From assembly GCA_964016885.1 (NCBI GenBank), contig OZ024741.1, forward strand, positions 394,630,001-394,694,000: DNA of 64,000 nt, written 5' to 3'. The DNA comes from Eledone cirrhosa. Its lineage: Eukaryota. The position numbers were made by a program, and so were the translations under genes. Under the pieces are notes generated by a model that had not been told where the DNA came from, did not search any database, and saw only the letters and a program-made list of their open reading frames with translations. Positions 61,485 through 64,000 of the stretch are shown one piece after another. Position 1 is the first letter of the stretch, and each line of letters starts with the position of its first letter.

Positions 61485-64000
61485 ATAAAATAAAATAAAA
61501 TAAAATAAAAAATGGGGTAAATTAAACAGTTCCACCATTTCCATATACTATTTAAATATACGTGATTAGAAAAATAAACAAAATAAGTTTTACAGCAGTT
61601 TATAATGTTTTATTAAAAGTATATAAATAGATTCTCCACTATCGTTATATTTGAGCCTCAATAAAAAAATAAATGTGGTGTAGAAGTTGACATATAAATT
61701 TAGATAATATTTAATTTCATCAAGAATAGAAAGTTTGCTTTTTTTGAAGGTTAATCTGAACAGTGATAAAAGATGAAATTCTAAAGAATCTATTATCTGG
61801 ATTTGGGTTTACTGGACTAAATTTAGAATCAGTTGCAAAATATCTTAAAGAAAATATCTATGATATTTTAGGTATAGAGAAAAATAAAATGGGAAAATTT
61901 ATTTCATATTTCAAGGGTATATAAAAAAAACAACATAAACATTAAGACAACGTTCTCTTTGAAAAGAGAAATAATAATAAAAATGATAAATTAAATCTCT
62001 TATTAAATAAAATATACAAGAAGAGGTTAAATAAAATTAATTTAAAAAAAATTTGTTTTTATAAAAATGTAAATCTTAGACAGCTATCTAATCAAATTCA
62101 AAATAAATAGGAGTTTGTTTCATCTTAGACATGTTATTTTAAAAATAGGCTTTTATAATTATTCAAATGTTGGTTTATAGTTTTCTATCCTTTTAGGACA
62201 TAAAGAAGACAGCTTGTCTTTTTCAATTCAGAAATTTTCATTTCATATCTCTAGAAATGTGTTGTAAGAGATATGTTAGGAAAAAGAATTGCAGACTACA
62301 TATCTGAATCACATATTTAAACATTTCACAGACTATATTAATGATCGTCACAAATAGATAGATACATGCATACAAATACTATACAGAGCATATAATTATT
62401 TAATTGAAACTAATTGTTTAAGAGAAAACAAGGATCTTATCTAACATAGTCACATATAAACAAGAAATATTTTCTATAGTTTGATAAAACATAATAATAG
62501 CAAGAATTCCTCAAAATCATTTTTGTTCCTAAATTTTAACTATAAAAATGATTTTAATAAATTGTGCAAGGCTTGCCATTTAAAAAATAAGGCTGACATT
62601 TGAGTCACTTGATCAGTAGAAGAGTGATGATAAAAAAAAGATACTGGATAAACTGTTGAATCAACTGAACTTTATGGCCTTTTCTTTGCCACCTTTTTTC
62701 CAATGTGGAAAGAAAAATGGGGAAAATGTAAAACCAACATTTGACATTCTGATCTAAATCTAGATGTTTTATTTTCAGAATAGTCAAAGTGATATTTTTA
62801 ATCATAAATGACCACCTTCACTCCTAGGAAGTAGAAAAAGAAATCAATGGAGCTTTATCTTAAATTTGTTGCAGTCAGATTGCATACATAATGGTTACAA
62901 CAAGAAAGACTCAGAAGTGAGTAACTGGCGAATTAACCATTTTGTTATGAATACCCAGTAAGATTCAGTTGTCATTAAATCCTATATTTGCATTGTTTTA
63001 GATTACTTCATCTGAATGCAGTTTCACACTTTGTCTTGTTTATAACATGTATGATCAGTCAGTTGACATTGTTTCCTTATATTCCGGCAGTCATTGAGGT
63101 CATTAAAGAATTTTATTTGTCATAAAAGAAATATATAACTTGTTTATGATAAAACAATTATTTTTAAATGTTGTGCACAACTAGGACAAGTATTTTAAGA
63201 TGAGTCTTGATAGAAAGCTACACGCACAAAAAATATGATTGTGAAATCTCTGAAGAAACATTTATTTTAGAAATAAATATATTACCATTGTTATAGAAAA
63301 TAATATATGATACCATTTATATTCAATTCAAGATTCATGAATACATCTACCTTATAATTCACCAACTTACCATTATTTGAAATGAAGTCACACCAATTGT
63401 GATTTGTTCCTTGATATGAATTAGTATATATCACACATTTTTTTATATACTTTATGATGCATTGGGATGTCTAGAAATCTGTTGATATCTCAAATAAAAT
63501 GACAAAAATATGATATTCTTTCACAAGCACATTGTTTCTTCAAGTCACACCACTCCCACCAAAGAAATTGAAAATACTATTCAAAATTTGAATGTAAAAA
63601 CAATAAGATTAAGGAGATTAACAGGACAGTAAGTGGTGAAACACTATTGCTGAAGGAATAATACTTGTGGTTTTACTGTCTTTAAAAGTGAATACTTAAA
63701 AAAAATAATCTAACTACAGATAAGCAGAAGCTGGATGTTATGTCACTGTCATATTTTAAAAACTTTTGTTTACAAATACACACACATACCCACACACTCA
63801 CACATTGCGGTAAGTCCCCTCACCCATTCAGTTATAAGAGATTCCATGTAGCAAATCTACTACCCTTCTCTGACTTGTAACCATAGGTTTAGTTGAACTC
63901 AACACTGCAAGATTTCAAAATGTTTATAGATCATATAGTGTTTCTGGTGCTTACAATAGTAATCTCTATCATTCTTGACAGCTTCTTACAGCTAGGTTGG

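Noticed and set aside
60980-63475. Exon-like segments (minus 60990-61065 NCLVIGSSNSNKEKWLKNLQKYTL*; minus 63371-63470; plus 62828-62917)
   Set aside because: Splice-like signals occur on both strands in AT-rich DNA, with no consistent gene model or recognisable protein.

Overview
AT-rich, repeat-dense animal genomic DNA; the RTE LINEs with (CAT)n tails, tRNA-derived SINEs and (TA)n/(CA)n microsatellites suggest a coleoid cephalopod (Octopus-like; inference). The one recognisable host gene is GTPBP2 (translational GTPase, ribosome rescue) on the minus strand. Ten coding exons run from ATG 48452 to 829; all have GT-AG boundaries, phases are consistent, and they total 1353 nt (451 codons). The gene continues past the left edge. 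Introns and the upstream region are packed with mobile elements: RTE LINEs (one young copy with a stop-free RT reading frame of over 800 codons), two different Penelope-like elements (PLEs), a Helitron fossil, mariner/Tc1 fossils, CRE-like and R4/Dong-like fragments, an LTR-retrotransposon pol remnant, MITEs and SINEs. Three observations stand out. (1) There are five type I hammerhead ribozyme motifs in small non-coding PLE/retrozyme-like units; two look intact and two carry a U3-A8 core covariation. One intact motif lies in a 483-bp unit with 19-bp terminal direct repeats and an octamer-motif minisatellite. (2) A C4HC3 PHD finger is inserted inside the RT domain of the dominant RTE family. 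(3) RTE copies stack head-to-tail at each other's (CAT)n tails. All calls are by eye; no searches were run.
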